Source of the DNA: Bilabrum cf. latius
Taxonomy: Eukaryota
Assembly: GCA_965178125.1 (NCBI GenBank)
Contig: OZ237735.1
Span: 372,001-436,000, forward strand
Direction: 5' to 3'
Length of the DNA: 64,000 nt
Below the pieces are notes generated by a model. The model was given only the letters and a program-made list of their open reading frames with translations, was not told where the DNA came from and did no database searches. Each line of letters begins with the position of its first letter. The first letter of the stretch is position 1. A program made the position numbers and the translations under genes. This document shows, in pieces, positions 28,101-39,747 of this stretch.

Positions 28101-31100
28101 CTTTTTGTTGCACAGATGGAAGCCAGGTAGCAGCTCATTGTCTCCGGATGACGCGAAGAATCTCATGGGCCTGCAATCTTTGCTTGAAATTGGAAACGCA
28201 TCTAACTAGTCAGGGCCGTCGAGCGGTGCTGGGTCGGACGACGTTGCTCCCAAACCTGCCTCGCGCGGCTAGCAAATTGATTCGGAATGCCTGTCGGTCT
28301 CAACTGTATTTAGGATGCTCTGTACCCTGCAAAGCACCGTAACAAATTGTGAGTTGGTACGCACGGATCAATTCTTGTCAGATACTTTTGATGGTCGGCA
28401 GCAGGGGTCAGCATCGTCGTTGAGTGTCGCGGATGAGTCGTCAGTGGCACGCAGCGGTGAACCTAGCTTTTTCTCGTACAAAGACTCCCTAGCACGATTT
28501 GAGACTGATAAGGACGAGAAACTGCCACAGCTGCCAGCCGAGCCTTTGCCGATGGCTCTGGATTCGCAACGCAGCGAGTATTTGGCGTTACTCGATCCTC
28601 ATAAACGCCGCGGCGTGCTGCTGTGTGGCGTGCAAGACACGGCTGGCAAGGTGATTCCAGCCGATTTCGACATTCCAAAATGCATTCCTACATTTTACTG
28701 CGAGTTTACAGTGTCACACTATGGAGATGGTAGTTGCTCCGTTGGACTCAGCGCGGGTCAGGATTCTGCTGCAGGCAGCGGCGAGAACGGACCGTACGCT
28801 GACCCAATCACTGGGCATCCAACTCCGACTGCGTGGGGTAACCGAGCAGTTTATAGGTCTAACGGAAGCAAGTTTGTCCACCTTAGCTCTCCATCGTGCT
28901 CTGATGGCCCAATGGCACTCCTAACTGATGAAGACTCAGAGTTGCTGAACTCTGTGTCTGCTGCCCGAGGCCGGGCCGATGAAAACGCTGTCGTCCTTGG
29001 AGTTGGCATACATTGGGAATCAAAGAAAGTGTTCTTTACTGAGAATGGATTGTGGTTGGGGTTTGTCGACTACGTGCCGGCGGATGCCATGGAAGGACTG
29101 AGACCGGCAGTTGAGATCAGGGGCAGGGGCTCGCAGCTGTCTGTCAACTTCGGTCAGGAACCATTCGTTTACGGTTTTGACAGGGTTCTTCATCAGTGCA
29201 GCGGCAATGAAGAATCGCGGGGCGCTGCGCCAAGAGTGAAGGCGTAGCTGGAAATTCACGCGTCACAGCAAGATTCTGCAGACCGTGGTGGACTATCTGA
29301 GGCCGTCAAACGGTAGCTGGAAGACTCGTTTGTAGCTTACTCTGCATCCGCACTAGAGCAGCAATGGAGCGCTCTTGGGATCAACAGCGAGAATGCTGCA
29401 GAGAAGGGCCCCACTGCGGCAAATGAGCGAATCCAGTTCTACTTGGACGCCATGCAGAAGGTGACTGTAGCAACGATTGCCAAACGAATGGCTCAGACTT
29501 GTTGCGTCTGCGACCAATGGCGTGGCCAAGTCTCTATGCTTCAGAATATGGTTGTTGGGTGGAATTTTGACCAGCTTGCGGCACTGATTATTCGATGCGG
29601 TGGTGATGCAGATAGAGCCTACAATGAAGCGATGACCTCGGGCGGTCCAAGTGCTTCTGTGCGTGCTATGGTCGCAGATAAGGCTCACCTGCGTTAGTGC
29701 AAGAAGTGCACTCATCTGCTGGTACCTCCTGCTCACATCCCAACTCCAACGTCGGACAGGAATGCTGCAACTGGATTCATGCAAAAGTGTGAGTTTATTC
29801 GCCACAAGAACACTAGAATCGGCGGTATGGTACCAGAATTTCCAGGAGTGCGCGCAGAAGTGGTCGCGGCGCAGCCGCGGACAGCTGCCCAGGAGCTCGA
29901 AAACGCCGCCTAGTGCAAAGATCGGATCGTGGCTGTCAATTTGGCAGCGCATGTGAACCCAAGCTGGGCTGTACTGCGCGCTCAGCTGGCTGGGGCAGTG
30001 GGTGTAATCTTTATATCTGATCGCGAGGACCCCTTGGAATTGGAAGGCAATGAAGGTAGTGAGGATGAGCCCCCTCACAGCTTGCTGGATACCATTAAAA
30101 TTCCATCAGTGAGCATTGGGCGGTCCAGTGCATCATCTTTGGGGAGCTTATCGGCTAGCGATAGCCCCAGGTAGGTCATCATGGCATTCGGAACCAAACC
30201 GACAGTGCATGAGACTGCTGAAACGAAGCAGCCCGTCGTATCCAGCGCCAAGGAGCAAACACATCCACTGGCTACACCTTTGGCACCTACCGAGGAGCAT
30301 TCGAATACGCTTCGAGCAGCCCATGATCGGTACCTGTCAACCTGTGAGAGCCTAGATGCGCTTGTGTCGCCGTCTTCGGTTCTGTGTGGTGCATGCGAGC
30401 AAAGCTTGGCAGAGAATGGGCTAATTGCTCAGCAAACCGCCACAGTTGGAGCCATGGCATCCGGTACTGCGCACCAGAGCTTGTTTGAGGATATTATTGG
30501 CCCGCCTGACAAGCCACTTGACTCAGACATGGATGTGTGGTTGCGAGCCATTGATGTTGCAACGATCGATATTCGAATGGAGTTGGAGGAGCAGATGCCT
30601 CTCAAGACCATGCTGGAGCAGCTCAGGGACGGCAGGGATTCCGACGTCCGGGTTTTCCTGGCTGCCAACGATGTCAAGATTCCCGATCGGCCTCCACCCC
30701 GCAGCAGGATGCGCAGTTACAACACCAAGCTGGAGTGCCTGCGCTAGTACCCACCGTTGGCTTCGGAAGGGGTAGGAATGGAAGTCGGGTAGCTCGTGCG
30801 AGTCTCACCGGCAGCTAAGAAGTTCTTGTCAGCCTCCAAGAATGACTACAGCGATCGATACCGCGAATGGAAGAAGTCGAATGGTACGGCACATCTTCAC
30901 AGACCCGGTGATGTGGTGTCATGCCGCAGCTAGGAGGCTATCGTGGTCCGCTGCCTGGACGCTACTGAGATGAAGAAGTATTCCAAGGATCGCGGCCGGC
31001 CGCTGTCTTCACAGAAGGCCAGTGGTAAAGAACCACAGGCCGGCAGCATCGGCTATGTTCTTTTTAATTCTGACAGGCGCCGGATCGTGGTCCCATCAAC

Positions 31101-34100
31101 TGCCGTGAAGCCTTTCAACGGCGAGCCAGCCCTGGCTGCTGGCCATGGGCTGGATTTATGCCCCGTGGCTCACATGGAAACTAAGGGGCTTACTCTTTGG
31201 AACAAATTTGCAGAGCCGTACGTGGGGCGCTGCGGAACTGTTGAAGCGATGGTTGACTGTGTGAATGCGGACGATCTATTCCGACGGGATTCGACTCTGT
31301 CTCAGCACCGAACCGCGATGGAAGGCGGCCTGGCCACTTTGGCCTCTTGCAAGTGGCCGGGAGTGTTGGTTCGATTTGAAGCACCAGAGCAAGGCATTGT
31401 ATCGCGCATTTGGTTTCCCGCTCATGTGCTGCTCGGCGCGCACGATAGTGCGATGCCGACGAATCGGCTTTCGCCGGCGTTTGAGCAGGCGGTTGTTCCG
31501 CGCGGGCTTTGCTACATTGCCCCTGTAGCAGTGGCGAGACAGGCTTCCATGTCGACAATGGGGGCGGTTCTGGCTGATTGGAGCCTGGATCGGGCGCGCA
31601 AGCTAGTGCTGATGGCTAAGGCCTCCGTGCCTCGCAACTCAAGCGATACTGCCTCGCCTGAAGCGTTGGAAAAAGCAGCTGTTGACGCAAGGCAGGCTGC
31701 ACTAGAAGAGTGCTTCGGGCAAATGTCGCCTTCGAGCACAGTGCTCGCCACGACGTTTGGACCTTCCGTGCTCGCTACGATGCTGCCGTTTGTCGCTGCC
31801 GCTCCGAAGCAGGTGTATGCGTTGCAGCAGATGATTTCGGCAGGGGATATCTAGACAGGGCGGATCAGCGCGCACAATGACGATGGAACAATGCCTCTGC
31901 GCTCGACAGATGGCATAGGCCATGCTATTAAACGCTCTGTTTTCGAGGAGAGGCTGAGTGATGACCTCGAATCGCAGCTCCGGAAGGACGCTTAGTACGT
32001 GTAGCGTCTACTGATACGGGCAGGCACAAACCTCAGCTGTAACGAGCGAGAGTTTCTCATCGTCGAACGCCCGGATCTGAGCGATTTCGAAACTGCAGAC
32101 CAGAGTTAGAAGGATGACAGTGGTCAAAGTAGCCCTGGAGCTGCGGCCGGCGCGTCCCCACTAAAGTCCTACTCGTCTCCTGGCAGCTGCCCTTCCAATC
32201 ATGTGGTGGTAGAGGTAGCCAATACAAAGTCACCAGTGCTGCTTGGAGTGCACGAGTCCTTGCAGGACGAAGTTTCGCTTCTGTCTGTGCAGTTTTCGCA
32301 TCCAACTGCGCGTGGAGATCGCGATGAGTCGACCGAGTACTCTGTCTGGCGTCCCGACGCGAGCACATCGCCACTACGGAGAACGGGTCCAACAAGCCAG
32401 CTAGTCACAGACGTCCAAAGCCACAGGATCAAGCTGGTGAACGGCGATAATTTCACGGACGACTACAGCAGATACCTGGCAGCCTCTGCCCTTGGTTCGG
32501 CCGAGCTTGACCAGCGGCTGGCGCCCATGCTCGTTCCTGGGACTGCCTCGATTCAGGTCGCATCCGCAGACTCCATGGGCGTCGCAGACAGCACCAATTC
32601 CGCAAAGTACTATGAAATGGGGTCGAAGACGCGCGCAGAAGGGTCCGGATGGTTGTCATGTCGCCTTGTTCCCGTCACGATCTCCGATCTGCACGCCCTA
32701 TGGGCGGCGCGGCGTATCATGCTAGGCGCTGTTGGAGCGTTCGCCGAGGCACAAGGGCGTGCTGCGGCGGGGGATAGTAAGTTGCTTGAAGACACATTGC
32801 AAGGCCGAGGGGAGCTTGGATCCAGGCTGCAAAGGTGCAAGGAGTTACGTGGGGCCCTCGCTGCCTTCACCGTAGCCTGCCCGTCCCATGTTGCTCTGAA
32901 ATCGGCTGCTGCCGAATTGTTGCAGCAAGTTTGCGCTCTTTGCAGATCAGTTCGGGCAGTTGCTGCCGCTTTGAATACTTCGACTTGCTGCTGCGAGCTG
33001 CTTGAGCCCAGTGCCAAAGTTGATGCGCACATGGGCGATGAAAGTGTCTTGGTGGTTGGAGATCTTGTCGAAATGATGGTTGAGCAGCGAAAGGCGACCC
33101 AAAAATGTGACGAAGCCGCTACAGATAGCACTGAGATGGCTCTTGAGGCGAACGGGTACGCTGGGTCTGTCGTGACTTAGTAGTGCGCGGTGATCAATAG
33201 TGCGACTGCAGCCTTCCAGAGCGAGTGCCTGGGAAGCGTTGGGTCTAGTACTTCGTCTGGTAATGAGCAACCAATGTCCGATGATTTTATCTTGCTGGCA
33301 ACTGCTACTGATTGCGCGACTAGAGGCCGACACATCCCCAAGGCAATTGTGGCGCATGCCCTGGCGGCGTCTGGCCACTTCGATGACCTACTGCCAGAGC
33401 TGCCCAACCCAGCTCGAGAGAAGTCATCCGATTCTGGCGATGCTTCCTCTGCTGCTGTTTCTGGCGAACGAAGCAGCGAAGAGGGTGCTGATTATCACGG
33501 TCAAGCGGTCGATAGTGGTGGCCCTGTTGGATAGAATGATTCAGACTCTGCAGCAGCTGGGAAATCTGAAGCTGGCGCTATCCAAGCCCAACGAGAGCAG
33601 GAGAGCTCTGTTGCTTCGGACTCGCAAACACTACCCGATGGTGCTGGCGACTCTGCAGCCAACGCTCTGGCCGGTGGTGCTTCCACTGGCCGGTCTGGGT
33701 CATAGGGTGAGCAGCAAACGGATATTTCCGAAGAAGGCGCAGGGGTTAGCGGTGGCATGGGCACGGGTGAGGGCACGGATATTGGCATGGATGATGACAT
33801 GGGCATGGACCCAGAGCTAGCTGCTGCGCTGGCCGCTTCTGTGGAAGGCTCACTGGATGACTCTGAGCCTGCATCTGCCCCAGGACTAGCTGCAGCGACG
33901 CCACCAGAAGTGTCCGCTGGTTCGGCGGATGCAGCGGCGCCAGAACCGCAAGCACAACAGGCCCCACCCGCTGTTGGTGATTCTGCATAGGCTCCTGGCG
34001 ACTTGCCCGCTGCTGGTGGTGCAGCAGAACCGAGGCAAGGAGAGGCGACTGAGCCATCGGCGGATGACCCAGGAGCAGCGACATCTGGCGATGCAGATGA

Positions 34101-37100
34101 AGGCGCCCGCGGTGGAAGCACAACAGAGAGCAGCGCCCCTGCTGCTGCGTCAAGGGACCTTCCGGCTATCATGTCGTTTGACGAGGCAGTCGCCATCGTT
34201 GAAGCACAAGGCACCCACGGCGGGGTGGATGAGCTGCTGCAAGTGATGGCCCAGTCGCTAGTAGAGTAGTCCATGGCCGAACACGAAGCGGCCAAGGCAG
34301 CCCTAGAGTCTGAAGAGGCCGCTGCAACCGCAACAGGCGGCGAAGCTGGCGGGAGTCTGGATAAGTCTGCAGTCACAGATGCTCCGGCTCCCGACGCCCA
34401 GCTCGGCGATGCAACTGAGGGTGGTGACAGTGAAGTGCCGGTCAGAACGAGCGAACTCGCCGCAAAGGCTCTGGAGCTTGGCCGCCTCGACGCACACTAT
34501 GATGTCTGGACGACTTCCCTCGATGAGTAGCTTGTGAGGTTCGTGAATGCCATGGTTGACGGCGGGGTGATTTCTCCAGGTATCGACGGCGAGGTAGATC
34601 CAAAATCATTGCCTGACATCTTTGGCATGCCTGAAGCCGAAGCAACCGAAGGTGAAAGTACCCCTACCGTTGAGTCGGACGAGCAGAGAAAAGCCAAGGG
34701 GCTATTGGTCTTCTTCGGTGAGCTAAGAGCAGCAGAGCTTTCGACTCAGGACGTTCGCTGGCGATGGACGGTGCTATGCTGGGTGAATAGCCGCCTCCCG
34801 CTTGGTGCAGTGGATCTGTCTTTGGGCGCATTTGCTGACTCAGAGGCGGAGTGCTCCGGGTCTGTAGCAGATGTGGCAAGGTAGAGCTGGGTGCTGGGCG
34901 TGTCTCGTGCCGGAGGCAAAATTGCTAGTCGAGGGACTGGCCCAGCGTCTGGGGCTGGTGCTAGCGACCCAGCAGCCGACGACACGTCAGGCACCATCCT
35001 ACCGTGCGCTCCACACCACCTTCGGTGGTCGGTCTCTTGCATTACAACACAGGCTGCGGCTCTCGTTAGACTGAGAGCGATGCTGTCGACGACGCGCCTT
35101 GACCGCCTACTGCGAAGCCGCATCGCGCTGTCCACAACGTCTGAACCTGCCGAGCGGTTGCAGATTCGGGTCGACCGGCAGGCTGCCAGGGAGGCTGCAA
35201 CGGCCGCTGCTAATAGCGGCCAGTCTTCTCAGTCCGTGTCATCGCAAGGGAAGGATAATCGCGGGCTAGGGGCCCCTGATCCGGAGCTTGTCGCCCCGGA
35301 GAGGGCTCCGCAAGGGGTCAGCGGACCAACGTTGCTGGAGCAGCTGTACCGCTAGATCGCCCAAGCATCGGACTCCAAGCTGCTGCAGCCACCGCGCAGT
35401 ACGTACCACATCAGCTTTGAGCCAACGTTCCAGCGGGAGTTCGCCGCTGGCGAGGCCGGTCCGTACCGAGCGTTGTTTTCTGACATCGCCTTGGAGCTGC
35501 AAGGTCGACTCGCCACCGCGTCGAGTAGCGGCAGCGGCACTGGGGCGCAGAATGCGTCGGGTAGCAACGAGTCCAAGGAAAGCGAGGAATGTGACAAGGC
35601 GGCAGATTCGAAGTCAGGCGCGGCAGGTCAAGGAAGCGAAAGCAAAGGGTCAAGGAGCGACAGGGAGGATGAAGACGGTGGTATTGCCCTGGGTGGGGCT
35701 GAGGAGGTCCTCGACTTGTCAACTGGGCCCGAGAGCTACCTGGCCCGGGGACAGAACTACTCGTGGACAGGATTGGCTGAATAGACTGAGGCACCGAGTC
35801 AAGGGGGCACGGCCGCTGGCGAAGACGCTGCTGCCGCTCGCGCAGAAGAGGATACCATTGAATTTAAGCCGTCTCTCCTGCCACTGCTTGAGCAGTGCCC
35901 CAATAGCCGAGACAAGATCGGCGACAACAGAGGTGCCATGCTGCTCAACCCGCTTGGGCCAGGTCAGGCGACAGAGGGGCAAAAGGGCCTGCTCGGCCTT
36001 GTGGGTGGTATGCTCGGCGTGGCAGTCCGCACCTCAGTCAAAGTAGACCTGCCCGCCGCCCCGTTGGTCTGGAAGCAGATCGTCGGCAGTCGTGTTGAGC
36101 TCGCAGATATCCGGGCCGTATCTTCCGCCTTTGTGCAGCAGACTGTAGACCGGATACGCAAGGTGTCATCCGCAGAGGAGTTTGCAACTGCTTTCGGGCC
36201 GTAGAGCGAGCTGCCGCTGCGGTGGGGAGAGCAGACCTCGGCCTTTGGAGACAGCGTCTCTGTGTCTCGTCCAGATCCGGTATCGGGCGGCCCGGTGGAA
36301 GAAAACGACGACGAGATGGATGCCAGCAACGACGGCGGTGCTGCCAGTGCTGGCGGATCAGGCCCCGTCCGGTTGAGTCGCACACCATCCACTAGGGTGG
36401 CGGCAGCAGCAACGGTAGAACAGGAGCTCGGAGACCTCGGCGAGAATGTCTGGCTCACTGGCCTGCCACTTCCAGTGCTTGTGCCCGGCCATGTCATTCC
36501 TCGCCATGAGGCAAGCGTTGGCGGTGCAGCCGGTGCGTCGAGCCCAGAGCTGGAGACGCACGCCAAGGAAGAAGCTGATTGGCTACGTACCGGCGGACTC
36601 GTCCCGGACGATGATGGTTATGGTGAAGATGACGATGCTTCGGCTGGGGTGCCGCCAAAGATTGGGGCGGCCGGGAGCTTTGGAGTAAGCTTCGGCAGGG
36701 TAGGCTCGCATGGGCTGCGCCCAGTTTCAAACGCGACGGGCGCTGCTGACGAGGGCGATGGCGAATCTGACGAGGAGAACGGCGGAGAAGCTGCAGATGC
36801 CAACCTTGTGTCATTCGAAGAGAGGCTATTGTTTGCGAGGGCGCTGCTGGATGCGGCCGTGGCTGCCAGGGAGACCCCTGCGGCGTGCGTCGCTGCTGGG
36901 CTCGGCCGGATGCTGCCGCTCCCGCTGGTGAGGCTGTTCCGCTGGGACCAGCTGCAGCGCGCCGTCTGTGGGATCGAGTCGATCGACGTGCAGATGCTTC
37001 GGAGGCACACCAAATATCTGTACTGCAGCGACAGCGACTCTTCCGTGAACGATTTCTGGGCTGTGCTGGATTCATTCACGCAGGAGCAGAGACGTGCCTT

Positions 37101-37548
37101 CATCCAGTACGCCTACGCCCAGAGCCGGCTCCCAAGCACCGACCGCGAGTATGCCGGCCCTCCCCCCGTGCAGCTCGTGTACAGCGCGCTCACCGTGGAC
37201 CAGCTGGCCAAGAAAGCCGATTCGGGGGGAAGGTAGTCTCGTGGGTCGTCCTCGCTGCTGGGGTATAGCAGCATACTATCCTCGAGCTCGAGCTCCGGGG
37301 GACTGCGGTCTCGCGGCCAGGGCAGGACGGGGAGCCCTGCGCCTGGTGCCTCGGCTGGGTCAGGGCGGCTGGGTGGCAGGGAGTCTCGGCTGCAGAAGCA
37401 GCTGGACGGGTTCTGGGTGCAGGCGGACACCTGCATGTTCAAGATCACCGTCCCGGCGTACTCGTCGCGAGCAATCATGAGGCGCCAGCTGGAACGGATT
37501 GTGGAGCTGTCCATGGCTGGTGGGTGGCAGATGGACGCTGACACCTGA
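16162..37548 (+). CDS. Giant HECT-type E3 ubiquitin ligase (~7,128 aa, one uninterrupted frame) with SPRY (~28690-29180), PA (~29830-30150), UIM-like (~33800) and C-terminal HECT (~35320-37545) domains
   Basis: More than 30 ORF-track fragments share one frame and all end in TAG; I found no in-frame TAA or TGA in the gaps I translated. HECT motifs EFAAGEAGPYRALFSDIALELQ, LPLLEQCPN..G.NR..LLNP, IDVQMLRRHTKY, FWAVLDSFTQEQRRAFIQY and catalytic ADTCMF..VPAYSS. Stop TGA 37546-37548. An upstream exon cannot be excluded. Confidence 0.9.
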
Positions 37549-37695
37549 ATTAACCACGCGGACCAGGCCAAGGCACGTCTCGCCCAGGCCAAATCTCCCC
37601 ATGCGGCCCAGCAAGCAGTTTTGAGTAACGTGATGATTGTGTGAATATCGGAGATTTCTACTTTTTGGATCGACCCCTATATCGAGGCCATAGAA

Positions 37696-39462
37696 ATGAA
37701 TTGCGTTTACGTATCATCCGCAACTGTCGCCTGCGCAGCTGTGCTGCTTGCATCGTATCACCAGGTGCGCCACGTCATGTTCCTGCCAACGCGAGACCGG
37801 CCAATTCCGACTTTAAACTGGTCTTAGGAGGTTGACTTTTCTGCGTTTCGTTCCTCTGCCAGAAGGCCTGGGAGTATCCAAGACGTACAGTTGGTCGTGA
37901 CAGATGCGATGGAATCGGGCAAGTCGCTCAAAGTGGTTGGATCGGGCCATTCATGGACTGATCTAGCATTGCCGCTGAATCAATCAGGCATCATGATGTC
38001 CCTTGACCGACTCAATTCCATTAGATCAGTAGATAAACGAAGAATGCTAGTTTCGGTAGAGGCGGGGATGCGCGTGTCAGATTTTTATGAGGCCTTGGCG
38101 GTGGAGGGCTTGGCGCTGACCAACGTGCCATCCGTCAATGAGCAGGCTGTGGGTGGCGTAATTGCTACTGCAAGCCACGGTGCCGGGCTGTCAACGGCAT
38201 GCCTTTCCACAGCAGTCCACCAGGTCGAGTTGGTGACCACCAGACCGGGTGCACCCGTTGTGAACGTGTCCTCGCGCGATGGTGGGCTCTTTGACGCTGT
38301 GAGGGTCCACCTAGGCGCACTTGGCGTCGTAACTGCGGTGACCTTTCGGGTTGTGCCCGCGTACAGGCTCCGCACGCGAGAGGCCTTGATATCTTCGGCA
38401 AAGTTCTATGAGAGCTGGCAGCAGCCATCGGCCCAGAAAGCACGGTTCCAGCACGTCCAGCCGCACGTCCTCAAGGAGCCCAACGCCTCGTACGTGTTCT
38501 CTGGCAACGGGATGGGTGCACTTGCCACAGCACACGAATTCGCGAAATTCTGGGTCATCCCATACACAGATCACACGGTAGTGCACGCAATCGATCGAGT
38601 CCGACCCGCGCACCTCACCGGCTCTGGTCCACTGCCTTCCCCCGATGAAGAGCCGGCGCTTGCCCCCGCCGTCTCGGCCATGGAAGAACTCAACCGATAC
38701 GGTACGGAGCTGCTGAACCTCGGAGGCCCAGGTCAGCCCCTGCAGCCCCAGATCAACGAAGTCGCGGCGCAGCTGGGCTTTGCCGTTCCCCGAGACAGGG
38801 AGGGCCGCAGCGACAGGCTGCAGGTTATCCAGGCGCGCGTGCCCTACCACACAGAAACCGAGTACTCGGTGCCGGCGAGGTTCGCGGGGCGCGCCATGAT
38901 GGAGTTCACCAGTGCATCCACCCAGCTGGGCACCAGGAGCGGGTTTGTGCACGAGCTGAGGTTCGTAGCTTCAGACCACATCCCGATCTCACCGGACTAC
39001 TCTGCCAGTTTTGCGGCCGCTCTCGACAGGGAGGTGCTAGCGGCAGTAGGTGACGGGGAGGGCGGGGATCCAGAGGCGCTGCGGGCTGCTTGGGCGAAGG
39101 TCGACGAGCAAGGCGCGCTTGCGGTGCAGCACGTGCCCGGCCTTTGGGAGGCGCTGGCCGGAGACTTGTCCATGCACGCCGGTTTGCTGGCGGCCAACAA
39201 GCCTAGGCTGCATGTAACCCTCGGTCTGTTCGGGGCCTCTGACGCGCAGAAAAAGGAGTACTTTGGGCTGTTCGAGGAGATTTGCCGCAAGTACGAGGGC
39301 AGGCCGCACTGGGCGAAGCACTTCTACCGGACGGCTCGCACAGGTCTCGAGAAGCAGTGGCAGACCGGGGAGGGAATTCAAGGGCTTCGTGAGGCGGTCG
39401 CATCGCTGGATCCTGCGGGTGTGTTTTTGAACCGATGGCTGCTCGATCGCCTGTGGAATTGA
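37696..39462 (+). CDS. FAD-linked aldonolactone oxidase (L-gulonolactone oxidase / D-arabinono-1,4-lactone oxidase family), 588 aa with an N-terminal hydrophobic segment
   Basis: NWS[Q] N-terminal motif (only reachable through TAG 37825), VVGSGHSW FAD-binding His, GGVIATASHG, LGALGVV, ETEY, ELRF and GRPHWAK. Stop TGA. Confidence 0.88.
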
Positions 39463-39591
39463 TGTTTGTTCGTGTCTGCGTCGGCTATTTCGATGGTAGA
39501 TACGATTCCCAAGAATCTTTTCACAGTCCTCGGCGCAAGTCTGTTGTGACAGTGTTGTCAGGCAGTCCATGTCGACACGTGTCACACCACG

Positions 39592-39747
39592 ATGATTCAA
39601 TGGCACCCCTACTGACGAATACAGAGCATCCATGTACAGTGATGTTTGGGCCGATAGTGGTATACTGATCGGATCAATTCCGAGTACGAGCTGAGCGAGA
39701 CCAGCGCTCTCACTTAGGGGAATTCAGAAGAAGATAAAGGAAATAAT
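39592..39747 (+). repeat. Split direct repeat A1 (156 bp)
   Basis: ATGATTCAATGGCACCCC...AAAGGAAATAAT, apparently identical to 46117-46272. Confidence 0.95.
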
